This document shows, piece after piece, positions 21,064 to 30,369 of a DNA stretch of 64,000 nucleotides. Below the pieces are notes generated by a model. That model was not told the DNA's origin and searched no databases. It was given only the letters and a program-made list of their open reading frames with translations. The number at the start of each line of letters is the position of its first letter. Within the stretch, counting starts at the first letter, position 1. Origin of the DNA: an uncultured bacterium (lineage in GTDB: Bacteria; Deinococcota; Deinococci; Deinococcales; Trueperaceae); NCBI GenBank assembly GCA_964630175.1, contig CAZVTS010000001.1:8009-72008 (forward strand). The letters run 5' to 3'. The translations under genes were made by a program, and so were the position numbers.

Positions 21064-21738
21064 ATGTTGCGCATGACACGCGTGCTGCTGTGTGACGACC
21101 ACGCCATGTTCAGGCAGGGGCTCAAGAGCATCCTCGAGACGGAGGACGACTTCCGTGTGATCGGGGAGGCCTCCACCGGCCGCGAGGCTGTGCGTTACGC
21201 ACTGGAGACCAAGCCGGACGTGGTGCTCATGGACATCCAGATGCCCGAACTCGACGGTGTTGCCGCCACCAAGGCCATCCTGGCCGAGCAACCGGAGACC
21301 CCCGTCATCATCCTCACCATGTACCGCCAGGACCGCTACGTGTTCGAGGCAGTGAAGGTGGGTGCGCGCGGCTACATGCTCAAGGACGCCGGCGCCACCG
21401 AACTCATAGATTCCATCCGCCGCGTGGCGGCGGGGGAGACGCTGTTGAACGCCGAGATGGCGGCCTCCATCCTGGACGAGTTCCGCAAGCTCGGCGATCT
21501 GCCGAGCCACCCCGAACACAAGATCAGCGAGCTCACGGAGCGCGAGGAGGACATCCTGCGGCTGTTGGCCCAGGGCGCCTCCAACCAGGAGATCGCCGAT
21601 TCGCTGGGGGTGAGCGAGAAGACGGTGCGCAACCGCCTCTCCGAGATCTTCTCGAAGCTGCGCCTGAACAACCGCACACAGGCCGCTCTGTACGCTCTGC
21701 GTGAGGGCATCGCCACGCTGCAGGACGCCGATCAGTGA
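21064..21738 (+). CDS. NarL/FixJ-family response regulator (REC + LuxR HTH)
   Basis: REC domain ([27 protein letters not shown]) and LuxR-type HTH ([43 protein letters not shown]). Start is 21064 or 21073. No cognate kinase is adjacent. Confidence 0.9.
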   Translation: MLRMTRVLLCDDHAMFRQGLKSILETEDDFRVIGEASTGREAVRYALETKPDVVLMDIQMPELDGVAATKAILAEQPETPVIILTMYRQDRYVFEAVKVGARGYMLKDAGATELIDSIRRVAAGETLLNAEMAASILDEFRKLGDLPSHPEHKISELTEREEDILRLLAQGASNQEIADSLGVSEKTVRNRLSEIFSKLRLNNRTQAALYALREGIATLQDADQ

Positions 21739-22871
21739 GCGATGCTCACCGCGCCTCGGCAGCCGCCCACCTGGCCCCCGTGGACGACGCCGGGGTGAGG
21801 GCGCTGCTGCTCGAGATCGCCACCACTCCGTCCCCCACCGGCTCCGAGACCGCGCGCGGTGAGGTCGTGGCGCGCCACTGGCGGGCCGCCGGCCTGAACC
21901 CGCATTTCGACGAGGTGGGGAACGTGGTGGCGACCATGCCCGGCAGCGGCGCGGGCGCCGCCAGCGGCCCCAGAGTGCTGCTGGCCTGCCACTTGGACAG
22001 CGTGTTCGGCCCACATGTGGACGTGAGCGTAGACCAGAGCGGCGACAAGTGGGTGGGCGCCGGCGTGGGCGACAACGCGGCCACGCTGGCGGTGCTCACG
22101 CAGTGGGTGGCCGATCCCGGTCCCGGCCCGTGGCCCGAACTGACGCTGGTGGCCACAGTCGGCGAGGAGGGCCTTGGCGACCTGAGGGGCGCCAGGCACG
22201 CTGTGGCCACGCTGGGCGCCGAACACACGGCGCTCGTGGGGCTGGACGGGCACCTCGGCTCCATCGTCGACGTGGGCGTTGGCTCGCGGCGCTACGAGGC
22301 TACCTTCAAGGCGGTAGGGGGGCACTCCTGGGGCGACTACCCTTCCCCCAGCGCCACGCACGCGGTCGGTGCCGCGGTGGCGCGCCTGGCGGACCTGCAC
22401 GTGCCCAAGGTGCCGCGCTCCAGCCTCAACGTAGGACAGCTCTGGGGTGGCACCAGCATCAACAGCATCGCCGAACGGGCCGGCTTCAACCTGGACCTGC
22501 GCAGCGTGGACGAGGACGCGCTGGCGGCTCTCGAACGCGCCGCGTTGAGCACCATCCGGCAGGCGGCTGTGGCGCAGGACGCGGAAGTGGAACTAGTGAA
22601 GGTGGGCGACCGGCCCGCCGGCGCCTGCAGCAGCCCGCGGCTCCTGCAGGCTGCCAAGGATGCGGCCGAAACCGTGGGGCTCACGGCCACCACCAGCGCC
22701 GGCAGCATGGACGCCAACGCCGGCATGGCGGCCGGCCTGCCGTCCATCAGCTTCGGGCTCTACTGGGGCGGCAACGCCCACCGGGAGAACGAGTGGGTGG
22801 ACCCCAGCTCCCTGGTCACGGGCGTCCGGGCGCTGCGAGCCCTCCTGGCGCAGCTCACGAAGCTCAAGTAG
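21735..22871 (+). CDS. M20/M25/M40 family metallohydrolase (peptidase T / ArgE-like)
   Basis: Metal-binding motifs [15 protein letters not shown] and VGEEGLGD, plus a dimerisation lid. The GTG start overlaps the upstream stop (GTGA). Confidence 0.85.
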   Translation: MSDAHRASAAAHLAPVDDAGVRALLLEIATTPSPTGSETARGEVVARHWRAAGLNPHFDEVGNVVATMPGSGAGAASGPRVLLACHLDSVFGPHVDVSVDQSGDKWVGAGVGDNAATLAVLTQWVADPGPGPWPELTLVATVGEEGLGDLRGARHAVATLGAEHTALVGLDGHLGSIVDVGVGSRRYEATFKAVGGHSWGDYPSPSATHAVGAAVARLADLHVPKVPRSSLNVGQLWGGTSINSIAERAGFNLDLRSVDEDALAALERAALSTIRQAAVAQDAEVELVKVGDRPAGACSSPRLLQAAKDAAETVGLTATTSAGSMDANAGMAAGLPSISFGLYWGGNAHRENEWVDPSSLVTGVRALRALLAQLTKLK

Positions 22872-22934
22872 CGGTCGGTCGCTCCTGCCTGACCCCCGAG
22901 CAGAGGCAGGCGCGCCAGCGAGCGCGCACGGGCC

Positions 22935-23435
22935 TCACTGGTTCACGGTGCCGCGCCGCGTCCTGCGCGCGGCGAGCGCCATGCCGTCCACGGTCTCGTT
23001 CTCTGCGTGACCGGCGTGACCCCGCGTCCAGGACCACTCCACCTCGTGGCGCTTCTCCAGTTCCAGCAGCTCCTCCCATAGGTCGCGGTTCTTGACGGGC
23101 GCCCTGGAGGCCGTGCGCCAGCCGTTGCGTTGCCAGTTCGCCAGCCAGCCGTCCGTGAACGCCTTCTTGAGGTACTGGCTGTCCGTCACCAGGTGCACCC
23201 TGCACGGCTCCTTCAGCGCCTCCAGCGCCCTCACTGCGGCAGTGAGCTCCATGCGGTTGTTGGTGGTGGCGGCCTCGTAGCCGGAGGCGGCCGTGGAGCG
23301 CTCGCCGTAGCGCAGCAGGAAGGCCCAGCCGCCGTGGCCCGTGGCGGTGTCGCACGAACCGTCCGTCCAGGCCCGCACGAGCTTCAACTCGCCCCGTTCG
23401 GTGGGAGGCTCCGCAGGAGTGGGCCTGGTGCTCAC
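22935..23435 (-). CDS. rnhA: Ribonuclease HI
   Basis: Motifs WTDGSC, NNRMELTAAVRALE, VTDSQYL and TRGHAGHAENETVD. GTG start at 23435 in a GTGA overlap with the acpS stop. The longer ORF to 23609 would overlap acpS. Confidence 0.85.
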   Translation of the reverse strand: MSTRPTPAEPPTERGELKLVRAWTDGSCDTATGHGGWAFLLRYGERSTAASGYEAATTNNRMELTAAVRALEALKEPCRVHLVTDSQYLKKAFTDGWLANWQRNGWRTASRAPVKNRDLWEELLELEKRHEVEWSWTRGHAGHAENETVDGMALAARRTRRGTVNQ

Positions 23436-23803
23436 AGCCGCTCCAGCACCACGACCGCGGCCGCATGATCGCGCGCGTGCGTGAGCGAGAGGTGCGCCCG
23501 CAGGCCCTGCAGCTCCATGGCGCTGGCCAGTTCGGGGGCGAACCTCAGCACCGGCTTCTTGCCGTCCTTCGCCACCCATACGTCCTTCCAGCCGAAGCTG
23601 GTAGGCCACACCTTCTGGAACGCTTCCTTGGCCGCGAAGCGCGCTCCGAGCCCGGGCACGAGGTCCACGCGGTCGTTCAGCTCCGCCACCTCGTCCGGGT
23701 GGAACACGCGGCGCACGAAGCGTTCAGGGTGCAGCTCCATGGCGCGCCGGATGCGGCTCAGCTCCACCAGGTCGAGGCCGACGGCAAGGATCATCCGCGC
23801 CAC
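23432..23803 (-). CDS. acpS: Holo-[acyl-carrier-protein] synthase
   Basis: GLDLVELSRI, FAAKEAFQK and LSLTHARDHAAAVVVLE are typical of AcpS. 123 aa. Confidence 0.9.
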   Translation of the reverse strand: MARMILAVGLDLVELSRIRRAMELHPERFVRRVFHPDEVAELNDRVDLVPGLGARFAAKEAFQKVWPTSFGWKDVWVAKDGKKPVLRFAPELASAMELQGLRAHLSLTHARDHAAAVVVLERL

Positions 23804-24534
23804 TCTGCGCCATGTTCGGTCACGCCCTCGCCGCTGGCCACGAACGCCAGGTCCGTGACGCCCAGGAACATGCCGTGTTCCACCACGCCGGGCAACTCCG
23901 CCAGCGCCAACGCCACCGTGGGTGCGTCGAAGCCGGCCGCGAAGCGGCAGTCGTAGATGAGGTTGCCGTTGTCCGTCACGAATGGTTCGGCGCCCGCCAT
24001 GCGTGGGGCGGTGGAGGCGCCGAAGTACTCGAGTGCGCGCCGCGTGCGCTCGTGCCCGAAGGGCACCACCTCCACGGGCACCGGTGCCTTCTCGCCCAGC
24101 GTCCGCACGTACTTGCTCGCGTCGCCTATCAGCACGAAGCGCGTGGCGGCCACGGCCACGATCTTCTCGCGGGTGAGCGCGCCGCCCAAACCCTTGATGG
24201 CGTCCAGACCGGGTGCCAGCTCGTCCATGCCATCTATGGCCAGGTCCACTCCGGCAGGTGGCAGGTCCACGAGGGGGATGCCGAGGCGCTTGGCCTGCTC
24301 GGCCGTCTGCCTGGAGGTGGGCACGCCGGCCACGTCCGTGAGCTCCCCTCTGGCCAGCTTCTGACCGAGTCCCTCCACCAGCCAGTACGCCGTGCTACCC
24401 GTGCCGAGGCCTACCAGCATGCCGCTCTCCACCAGTGCGAGCGCCCGCAGGGCGGCCTCGCGCTTGTAAAGCTCCACGCCGCTCAGCTGGGGATGGGCGT
24501 CCTGTCTGCTCGTTGAGTCACCGTTACCGTTCAC
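23791..24534 (-). CDS. rpiA: Ribose-5-phosphate isomerase A
   Basis: Motifs GLGTGSTA, AIDGMDE and KGLGGALTREKIV. Confidence 0.9.
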   Translation of the reverse strand: MNGNGDSTSRQDAHPQLSGVELYKREAALRALALVESGMLVGLGTGSTAYWLVEGLGQKLARGELTDVAGVPTSRQTAEQAKRLGIPLVDLPPAGVDLAIDGMDELAPGLDAIKGLGGALTREKIVAVAATRFVLIGDASKYVRTLGEKAPVPVEVVPFGHERTRRALEYFGASTAPRMAGAEPFVTDNGNLIYDCRFAAGFDAPTVALALAELPGVVEHGMFLGVTDLAFVASGEGVTEHGAEWRG

Positions 24535-24624
24535 GCGCTGAGCATACCGGGAGCGAACCGGGTCGGCCTGGCGAGGGCGCCCTTGTAGGCCCGGTGCCCG
24601 ATAGTTGGCCGCTCGGCACGGCTG

Positions 24625-25263
24625 GTGGTTATCCTCTACTTCGTGCGCCCCTTCACCACCAGCACCACAGCCCCCCGCCCTTCCCCGCGGCAGTTGCCGC
24701 GGCTGGTGCTAGCCAGCTCCTCGCCGCGGCGCAGGGAACTGCTTGGCCTGCTGGGTCTGACCTTCGAGGTGGCGCCCGCCGACCTCGACGAGACGCCCCT
24801 GGCCGGAGAGGCGCCTGAGGCACTGGCTGGACGCCTGGCGCGGAGCAAGGCCCGTGTGGTCGCGGCCTCTCACGAAGACGCGCTGGTCATCGCCGCGGAC
24901 ACGGTCGTGTCTCTTGGCGACGGCATCCTGGAGAAGCCAGGTTCAGAGGACGAGAACAGGGAGTTCATACGCCGGCTGGCAGCCAGGCAGCACGACGTGT
25001 TCACGGGCCACGCGCTCCTGTACGGGGGTCGTGAGGAGCTGGTCGTAGTGCGCACCGGGGTGACCCTCCGGCCTCTAAGCGAGCCGGAGGTGCGCTGGTA
25101 CGCCGCCACGGGCGAGGGCCGGGACAAGGCGGGCGGTTACGCGCTGCAGGGCAAGGGCGGCGTGCTCATAGAACGCATCGACGGCTGCTGGTCCAACGTC
25201 ATCGGACTGAGCCTGCCCAACCTGCTGCAGGCAGCGAGGCGGTTGGGGGTGGAGCTTGTCTAG
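24625..25263 (+). CDS. maf: Maf-like nucleoside triphosphate pyrophosphatase
   Basis: Motifs LVLASSSPRRRELL, ADTVV and KAGGYALQG. GTG start. An alternative GTG lies at 24643. Confidence 0.85.
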   Translation: MVILYFVRPFTTSTTAPRPSPRQLPRLVLASSSPRRRELLGLLGLTFEVAPADLDETPLAGEAPEALAGRLARSKARVVAASHEDALVIAADTVVSLGDGILEKPGSEDENREFIRRLAARQHDVFTGHALLYGGREELVVVRTGVTLRPLSEPEVRWYAATGEGRDKAGGYALQGKGGVLIERIDGCWSNVIGLSLPNLLQAARRLGVELV

Positions 25264-26038
25264 CACCATCAGGGCCTGGTACGTGTTCGTGGCGCTCGGG
25301 CTCGTGACGTTCCTGCTCACGGCCTTCGTTGGCCGGCTGCCCACCGAGTTCACTGCGGCGGTGGCGTTACCGCACGAGCTGCTGCACCGCGCCGGGGTGA
25401 ACCTCAAGCTCACCCTGCAGAGCGCGGTCGACAGGCGCGAACTGCGGGCCGAGGTTGCCAGGCTGCAGGAGCAGTTGGCGCTTACGGAGCAGGCGCGGCG
25501 CGACCTGGAACTGCAACTGGGCCGCCTGGAGCAGGCGGTGGTGGTGAGCACCACGCAGGCGCCGGCGGTGGTGGCCGTGGCGCCCGTGGTGGGGGGTGAC
25601 GCCGGCGCCGAAGTGGCCCGGTTGCGCCTCGGCCTGGGTGGTTCCTCCGGCTTGCAGCGCAACATGCCCGTAACGGCGCCAGCCGGGTTGGTGGGCATAA
25701 TCACCGAGGTGGCGCCCTGGAGCGCCGTGGTGACCACGGTGCTGGACCCACAGTCCCGGGTGGGCGTGAGCGTGCGCGGCAAGGGTGGTCAGGGCATCGC
25801 CGTGGGTGAGGTGGGTGGCCTGGTGCGCGTCACACGCTTCATAGTGGACGACCCGGTGGCGGTGGGCGACGTGGTGGAGACCTCCAGCTTCGGCGGTCTC
25901 TTCCCGGCCGGCCTGCTGGTGGGCGTGGTGCAGGAGGTGCTGCCGCCCGACCCGAACGAGCTGCGCCGCAGCTTCATAGTCAGGCCGGGCGTGGAGCTGG
26001 CCACCCTGCAGGACGTGGTCGTGCTGGCGCCGCAGTAG
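25256..26038 (+). CDS. mreC: Rod shape-determining protein MreC
   Basis: N-terminal TM, coiled coil (LRAEVARLQEQLALTEQARRDLELQL) and beta-barrel region (GLVGIITEV, FPAGLLVGVV). TTG start overlaps the maf stop. Confidence 0.8.
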   Translation: MSSTIRAWYVFVALGLVTFLLTAFVGRLPTEFTAAVALPHELLHRAGVNLKLTLQSAVDRRELRAEVARLQEQLALTEQARRDLELQLGRLEQAVVVSTTQAPAVVAVAPVVGGDAGAEVARLRLGLGGSSGLQRNMPVTAPAGLVGIITEVAPWSAVVTTVLDPQSRVGVSVRGKGGQGIAVGEVGGLVRVTRFIVDDPVAVGDVVETSSFGGLFPAGLLVGVVQEVLPPDPNELRRSFIVRPGVELATLQDVVVLAPQ

Positions 26039-26063
26039 CGCCCGCCGTTCCACGCTTCCAGCG

Positions 26064-28595
26064 CTACTTGACTACGAAGCTCACGAGGCGTCCGGGCACC
26101 ACGATCTCGCGCGTTACGGTCTTGCCTTCCAAGTGCCGCGCCACGTTGGGTTCCGAGCGAGCCAGGTCCGCGATGGCCTCCTTGGAGGCGTCCACCGGAG
26201 CCTCGATCTGACCGCGCACCTTGCCGTTCACCTGAACGGCGAGGCTCACCGTGTCGGAAACGAGCGCGGCCTCGTCGTAACTGGGCCAGCTCTGCAGGTG
26301 CACCGAGGTCTTCTCGCCGAGGCGACGCCACAGCTCGTCGGTTATGTGCGGCGCTATGGGTGCGAGCAGGACCAGGAGCGTGCGCACGCCCGCTCGCCAC
26401 GCCTCCGTGTCAGCGAGGCCGGCGCTGCGCGCCTTGGTGAGCGCGCTCTGGAGGGTCATCAGCTCAGCGATGGCGGTGTTGAACCGGAACGCCTCCAGGT
26501 CCTCCGTCACTTCCTTGATGGCGTGATGCTCCGCGCGCCGCACTTCGGCCTCCGTCATGGCGCCGTCGCCCTTGCCGGCGCTGCCGGCCGCGCCGTCCAC
26601 CACGAGGCTCCACACGCGGTGGAGGAAGCGCGCCTGGCCGTCGATGCCCGTGTAGCTCCACGGGGCGCCCTGGTCCCAGGGGCCGAGGAACATGAGGTAG
26701 GCACGCACCGTGTCCGCGCCGTACTTCGCCACCAGGTCGTCAGGGTTCACCACGTTGCCGCGCGACTTGGACATCTTCTCGTTGTCGGAGCCCAGGATCA
26801 TGCCCTGGTTGCGCAGGCGCTTGAACGGCTCGTTCACGTTCACGTAGCCCATGTCCCGCAGCACCTTCGTGAAGAAGCGCGCGTAGAGCAGGTGCAGGAT
26901 GGCGTGCTCGATGCCGCCCGTGTACATGTCGACCGGCGTCCACCTCGCGGCCAGGTCGGGGTCGATGGGACGCGTGTCGTCGTGCGGACTGAGGTAGCGG
27001 AACCAGTACCAGGCCGAATCCATGAACGTGTCCATGGTGTCGGTCTCCCGCTTGGCGGGGCCGCCGCAGCGCGGGCAGCTCGCGCTCAGGAACGCGGCGT
27101 GGGTCTTGAGGGGCGACTCGCCGGTGGGCAGGAACGCCACGTCCTCCGGCAGCAGCACGGGGAGGTTCTCCACTTTCTCGGGCACGATGCCGCAGCCCTC
27201 GCAGTAGAGCACCGGGATGGGCGTGCCCCAGTAACGCTGGCGGCTTATGAGCCAGTCGCGGAGGCGGTAGGTGACCTGCGCCTCACCTGCGCCGATCTTC
27301 TCGAGGTGCTCGATCGCTGCGGCGATGGCGGGGCTGGCGCGCCCCTTCTCGCCGTTATGCCGCAGGCCGTCGAGCGGCCCGGAGTTGATCATGGTGCCCG
27401 GCCCGTCCCAGGCGCCTTCCAGCGTGGCTGCGGCGATGTGGCCTTCCACCCCGTCGGGCCTCACTACCGGCACTATGTCGAGCCCGAACTCGGTGGCGAA
27501 CTCGAAGTCGCGCTGGTCGCCGTACGGCACCGCCATGATGGCGCCGGTGCCGTAGCCCATGAGCACGTAATCGGCTATCCAGATGGGGATGCGCGCCTGG
27601 TTCACGGGGTTGATGGCGTAGGCGCCGATGAACACCCCGGACTTCGCCTTGGCGTCCGCCATGCGGTCCAGTTCCGACAGGTGCGAGGCCCGCTCCACGT
27701 ACGCCTCGGTGGCCGCTCGCTGCTCGTCGGTGGTGAGCTTGGCCACCAGCGGGTGTTCGGGCGCGAGCACCATGAAGGTGGCGCCCCAGAGGGTGTCCGG
27801 CCGCGTGGTGAACACGCGGATCTCGTCGCCCTGTTCGCTCTTGAACACCACCTCGGCGCCCTCGGAGCGACCGATCCAGTTGGTCTGCATGGCCACCACG
27901 CGGCTCGGCCAGTCGAGGCCGGAGAAGTCCAGCAGCTCGTCCGCATAATCCGTGATCTTGAAGTGCCACTGGGGCATGAGGCGGCGCTCGATGAGGGCGC
28001 CCGAGCGGTCGCCGCGACCGTCCACCACCTGCTCGTTGGCGAGCACCGTCTGGTCGACGGGGTCCCAGTTGACCATCGACTCCTTGCGGTACGCCACGCC
28101 GCGCTCCATCATCTCGATGAAGAAGAGCTGGTTCCACTTGTAGTACTCGGGGTCGCAGGTGGCGATCTCTTTGGACCAGTCGAACATGGCGCCCATCTGC
28201 TGGAACTGCTCTTTCATGCGGGCGATGCGTTCGTAGGTGAGGGTAGCGGGGTGCACCTTGGTGTCGCCCGCCCGGGCCGCCCTGACGGCGGCGTTCTCGG
28301 CGGGCAGGCCGAACGCGTCGAAGCCCATGGGGAAGAGCACGTTGTTGCCGCGCATGCGGGTGAAGCGCGCGGCCGCGTCGGCAGGCACCTCGGCGTACCA
28401 GTGACCTATGTGAAGGTCGCCGGAGGGGTAGGGGTACATGGTGAGGAAGTAGTACTTGGGCCGTGAGTCGTCCTCGAGGTCGACCTCGTAGAGCCCCTCC
28501 TCGCGCCAGCGCTGCTGCCATCTGCGCTCTATCTCGGTCGGGTTGTAGCGCTCGGAGCGGCCGCTGTCGGCGGGATCACTGATGGTGTCGGTCAT
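26064..28595 (-). CDS. leuS: Leucine--tRNA ligase
   Basis: HIGH motif (GDLHIGHWY) and KMSKS motif (EKMSKSRGN). Start at ATG 28595 (MTDTISDP...RYNPTEIERRWQQRW). Confidence 0.97.
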   Translation of the reverse strand: MTDTISDPADSGRSERYNPTEIERRWQQRWREEGLYEVDLEDDSRPKYYFLTMYPYPSGDLHIGHWYAEVPADAAARFTRMRGNNVLFPMGFDAFGLPAENAAVRAARAGDTKVHPATLTYERIARMKEQFQQMGAMFDWSKEIATCDPEYYKWNQLFFIEMMERGVAYRKESMVNWDPVDQTVLANEQVVDGRGDRSGALIERRLMPQWHFKITDYADELLDFSGLDWPSRVVAMQTNWIGRSEGAEVVFKSEQGDEIRVFTTRPDTLWGATFMVLAPEHPLVAKLTTDEQRAATEAYVERASHLSELDRMADAKAKSGVFIGAYAINPVNQARIPIWIADYVLMGYGTGAIMAVPYGDQRDFEFATEFGLDIVPVVRPDGVEGHIAAATLEGAWDGPGTMINSGPLDGLRHNGEKGRASPAIAAAIEHLEKIGAGEAQVTYRLRDWLISRQRYWGTPIPVLYCEGCGIVPEKVENLPVLLPEDVAFLPTGESPLKTHAAFLSASCPRCGGPAKRETDTMDTFMDSAWYWFRYLSPHDDTRPIDPDLAARWTPVDMYTGGIEHAILHLLYARFFTKVLRDMGYVNVNEPFKRLRNQGMILGSDNEKMSKSRGNVVNPDDLVAKYGADTVRAYLMFLGPWDQGAPWSYTGIDGQARFLHRVWSLVVDGAAGSAGKGDGAMTEAEVRRAEHHAIKEVTEDLEAFRFNTAIAELMTLQSALTKARSAGLADTEAWRAGVRTLLVLLAPIAPHITDELWRRLGEKTSVHLQSWPSYDEAALVSDTVSLAVQVNGKVRGQIEAPVDASKEAIADLARSEPNVARHLEGKTVTREIVVPGRLVSFVVK

Positions 28596-28664
28596 CGTTT
28601 CTCCATTATATGTCGTGCGATTCTTACGCGCAGGCCGGGGTTTCTGGTGGAGTTCGCCGGTTCC

Positions 28665-28710
28665 GGCAGAACAAAGCAAGGCCCCGACCTGGTGTGCCTG
28701 GGTCGGGGCC
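28665..28710 (-). terminator. Intrinsic-terminator-like hairpin inside the leuS 5' leader
   Basis: On the minus strand: GGCCCCGACC, an 11-nt loop, GGUCGGGGCC, then UUGCUUUGUUCU. It sits about 70 nt upstream of the leuS ATG. No upstream minus-strand gene exists for it to terminate. Confidence 0.55.
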
Positions 28711-28924
28711 GCCGAAGCTGGACGCCAACGAGCGTCAGCCAGGCGGCGTGGCTAGTGTTGCGGTGAGTACGTTGGTGGCTGCTACGCCGGAGAACATGCG
28801 GGCATGCTAGACCCGACGCCTGCTGCCAGTCAACCGCGGCTGGCCGCTGGTACACTTGCAGCGAGTGATAGTTTCACGCCATCCGGTGGCAGTGGCCCCG
28901 TGTACGTGAACGTTGGAGGACGCA

Positions 28925-30322
28925 ATGGATTTCGACCTGATCGTAGTGGGCTCGGGCCCGGGCGGTTACCACGCCGCCATCCGGGGAGCGCAGTTGGGAC
29001 TCAAGGTCGCCTGTGTGGAGAAGGGCGCCGTGGGCGGGGTATGCCTCAACGTGGGCTGCATCCCCACCAAGGCGCTGCTGCACGTCGGCGCCGAGTTGCG
29101 CCAGGCCAAAGATGCCAACGAGTTCGGTATCGACTTCGGCGAGCCCACCGTGGACCTGGGCGCCGTGGAGCAGTGGAAGCAGAAGGTGGTCGGCAAGCAG
29201 ACCGGCGGCGTGCAGATGCTGTTCAAGGGCAACAAGGTGGAACTCATCGAGGGTGAGGGGCGCTTCGTCTCCGCCAACGAGATCGAGGTGGGCGGCAGGA
29301 AGTACAGCGCCAAGTCGTTCGTGGTGGCCACCGGTTCTAGCCCGGCCAGCATCCCCGGGTTCGAGCTCGACGGCGACCGCATCATCGACTCCACGGGCGC
29401 CCTCACGATCGGCGACAAGGTTCCGGCGCGCTTCCTCGTCATCGGGGCGGGCGCCATCGGCCTCGAGTTCGCCGACGTGTACTCCTCCCTGGGCTCCGAG
29501 GTCACTGTGGTGGAACTGCTCGACCAGATCGCTGCGGCGGCCGACGCCGACGCTGCCAAGGAGCTCCGCAAGGCGCTGGAGAAGCGCGGCATCCGCATCC
29601 TCACGGGCACCAAGGTCCTCGGCCAGAAGAAGGGCAAGAAGGGCACCGAGGTGGAGGTGGAGGCCAAGGACGGCACCAAGGAGACGCTGGTGGCCGATCG
29701 GGTGCTGGTGGCGGTGGGCCGCCGCCCCAACGGGCGGAACCTAGGGCTGGAGAACGCTGGCGTGCAGGTGGACGAGCGCGGCTTCGTCTCGGTGGTCAAC
29801 GACCACATGCAGACGAGCGCACCCAACATCTACGCCATCGGCGACGTGGCGCGCGCGCCTCTCTTGGCCCACAAGGCCATGAAGGAGGGGCTGGTGGCAG
29901 CTGAGCACGCCGCCGGCAAGCCCACCGCTTACGACACGGTGGTGCCTTCCGTCATCTACACCACCCCCGAGCTGGCCAGCGTTGGCATGACGGAGGCCGA
30001 GGCCACCGAGGCCGGTTTCGAGCTGCGCATCGGCAAGTTCCCCCTGATGGCTTCAGGCCGCGCGTCCACGCTGGGCGTGGACTCGGGCATGATCAAGCTG
30101 ATCGGTGACGCCAAGACGGACCTGGTGCTGGGCTTCCACATGGTGGGCCCCAACGCGGGCGACATCGTCTCGGAGGCAGCCCTGGCCATCGAGATGGGCG
30201 CCACCCTGGAGGACATCGCCCTCACGCAGCACCCGCACCCCACCATCTCCGAAGGGGTGATGGAGGCCGCGGAGCACGCCCACGGGCGCGCCATCCACAT
30301 CGCCAACCGCCGGCGGCGCTAG
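28925..30322 (+). CDS. lpdA: Dihydrolipoyl dehydrogenase
   Basis: FAD motif DLIVVGSGPGGY, redox disulfide GGVCLNVGCIPTK, and a C-terminal HPHPTISE interface motif. ATG at 28925. Confidence 0.93.
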   Translation: MDFDLIVVGSGPGGYHAAIRGAQLGLKVACVEKGAVGGVCLNVGCIPTKALLHVGAELRQAKDANEFGIDFGEPTVDLGAVEQWKQKVVGKQTGGVQMLFKGNKVELIEGEGRFVSANEIEVGGRKYSAKSFVVATGSSPASIPGFELDGDRIIDSTGALTIGDKVPARFLVIGAGAIGLEFADVYSSLGSEVTVVELLDQIAAAADADAAKELRKALEKRGIRILTGTKVLGQKKGKKGTEVEVEAKDGTKETLVADRVLVAVGRRPNGRNLGLENAGVQVDERGFVSVVNDHMQTSAPNIYAIGDVARAPLLAHKAMKEGLVAAEHAAGKPTAYDTVVPSVIYTTPELASVGMTEAEATEAGFELRIGKFPLMASGRASTLGVDSGMIKLIGDAKTDLVLGFHMVGPNAGDIVSEAALAIEMGATLEDIALTQHPHPTISEGVMEAAEHAHGRAIHIANRRRR

Positions 30323-30369
30323 CTACGTCTGACAGCTAACGCCGGCCCGCGCGCCGACTACGCCTCCGC

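Noticed and set aside
28596-28880. Canonical T-box riboswitch in the leuS leader.
   Set aside because: The leader upstream of the terminator is only about 100 nt. I could not find the GGUGGUACCGCG T-box sequence or an obvious Stem I/specifier loop with a Leu codon. I kept it as a generic attenuator candidate.
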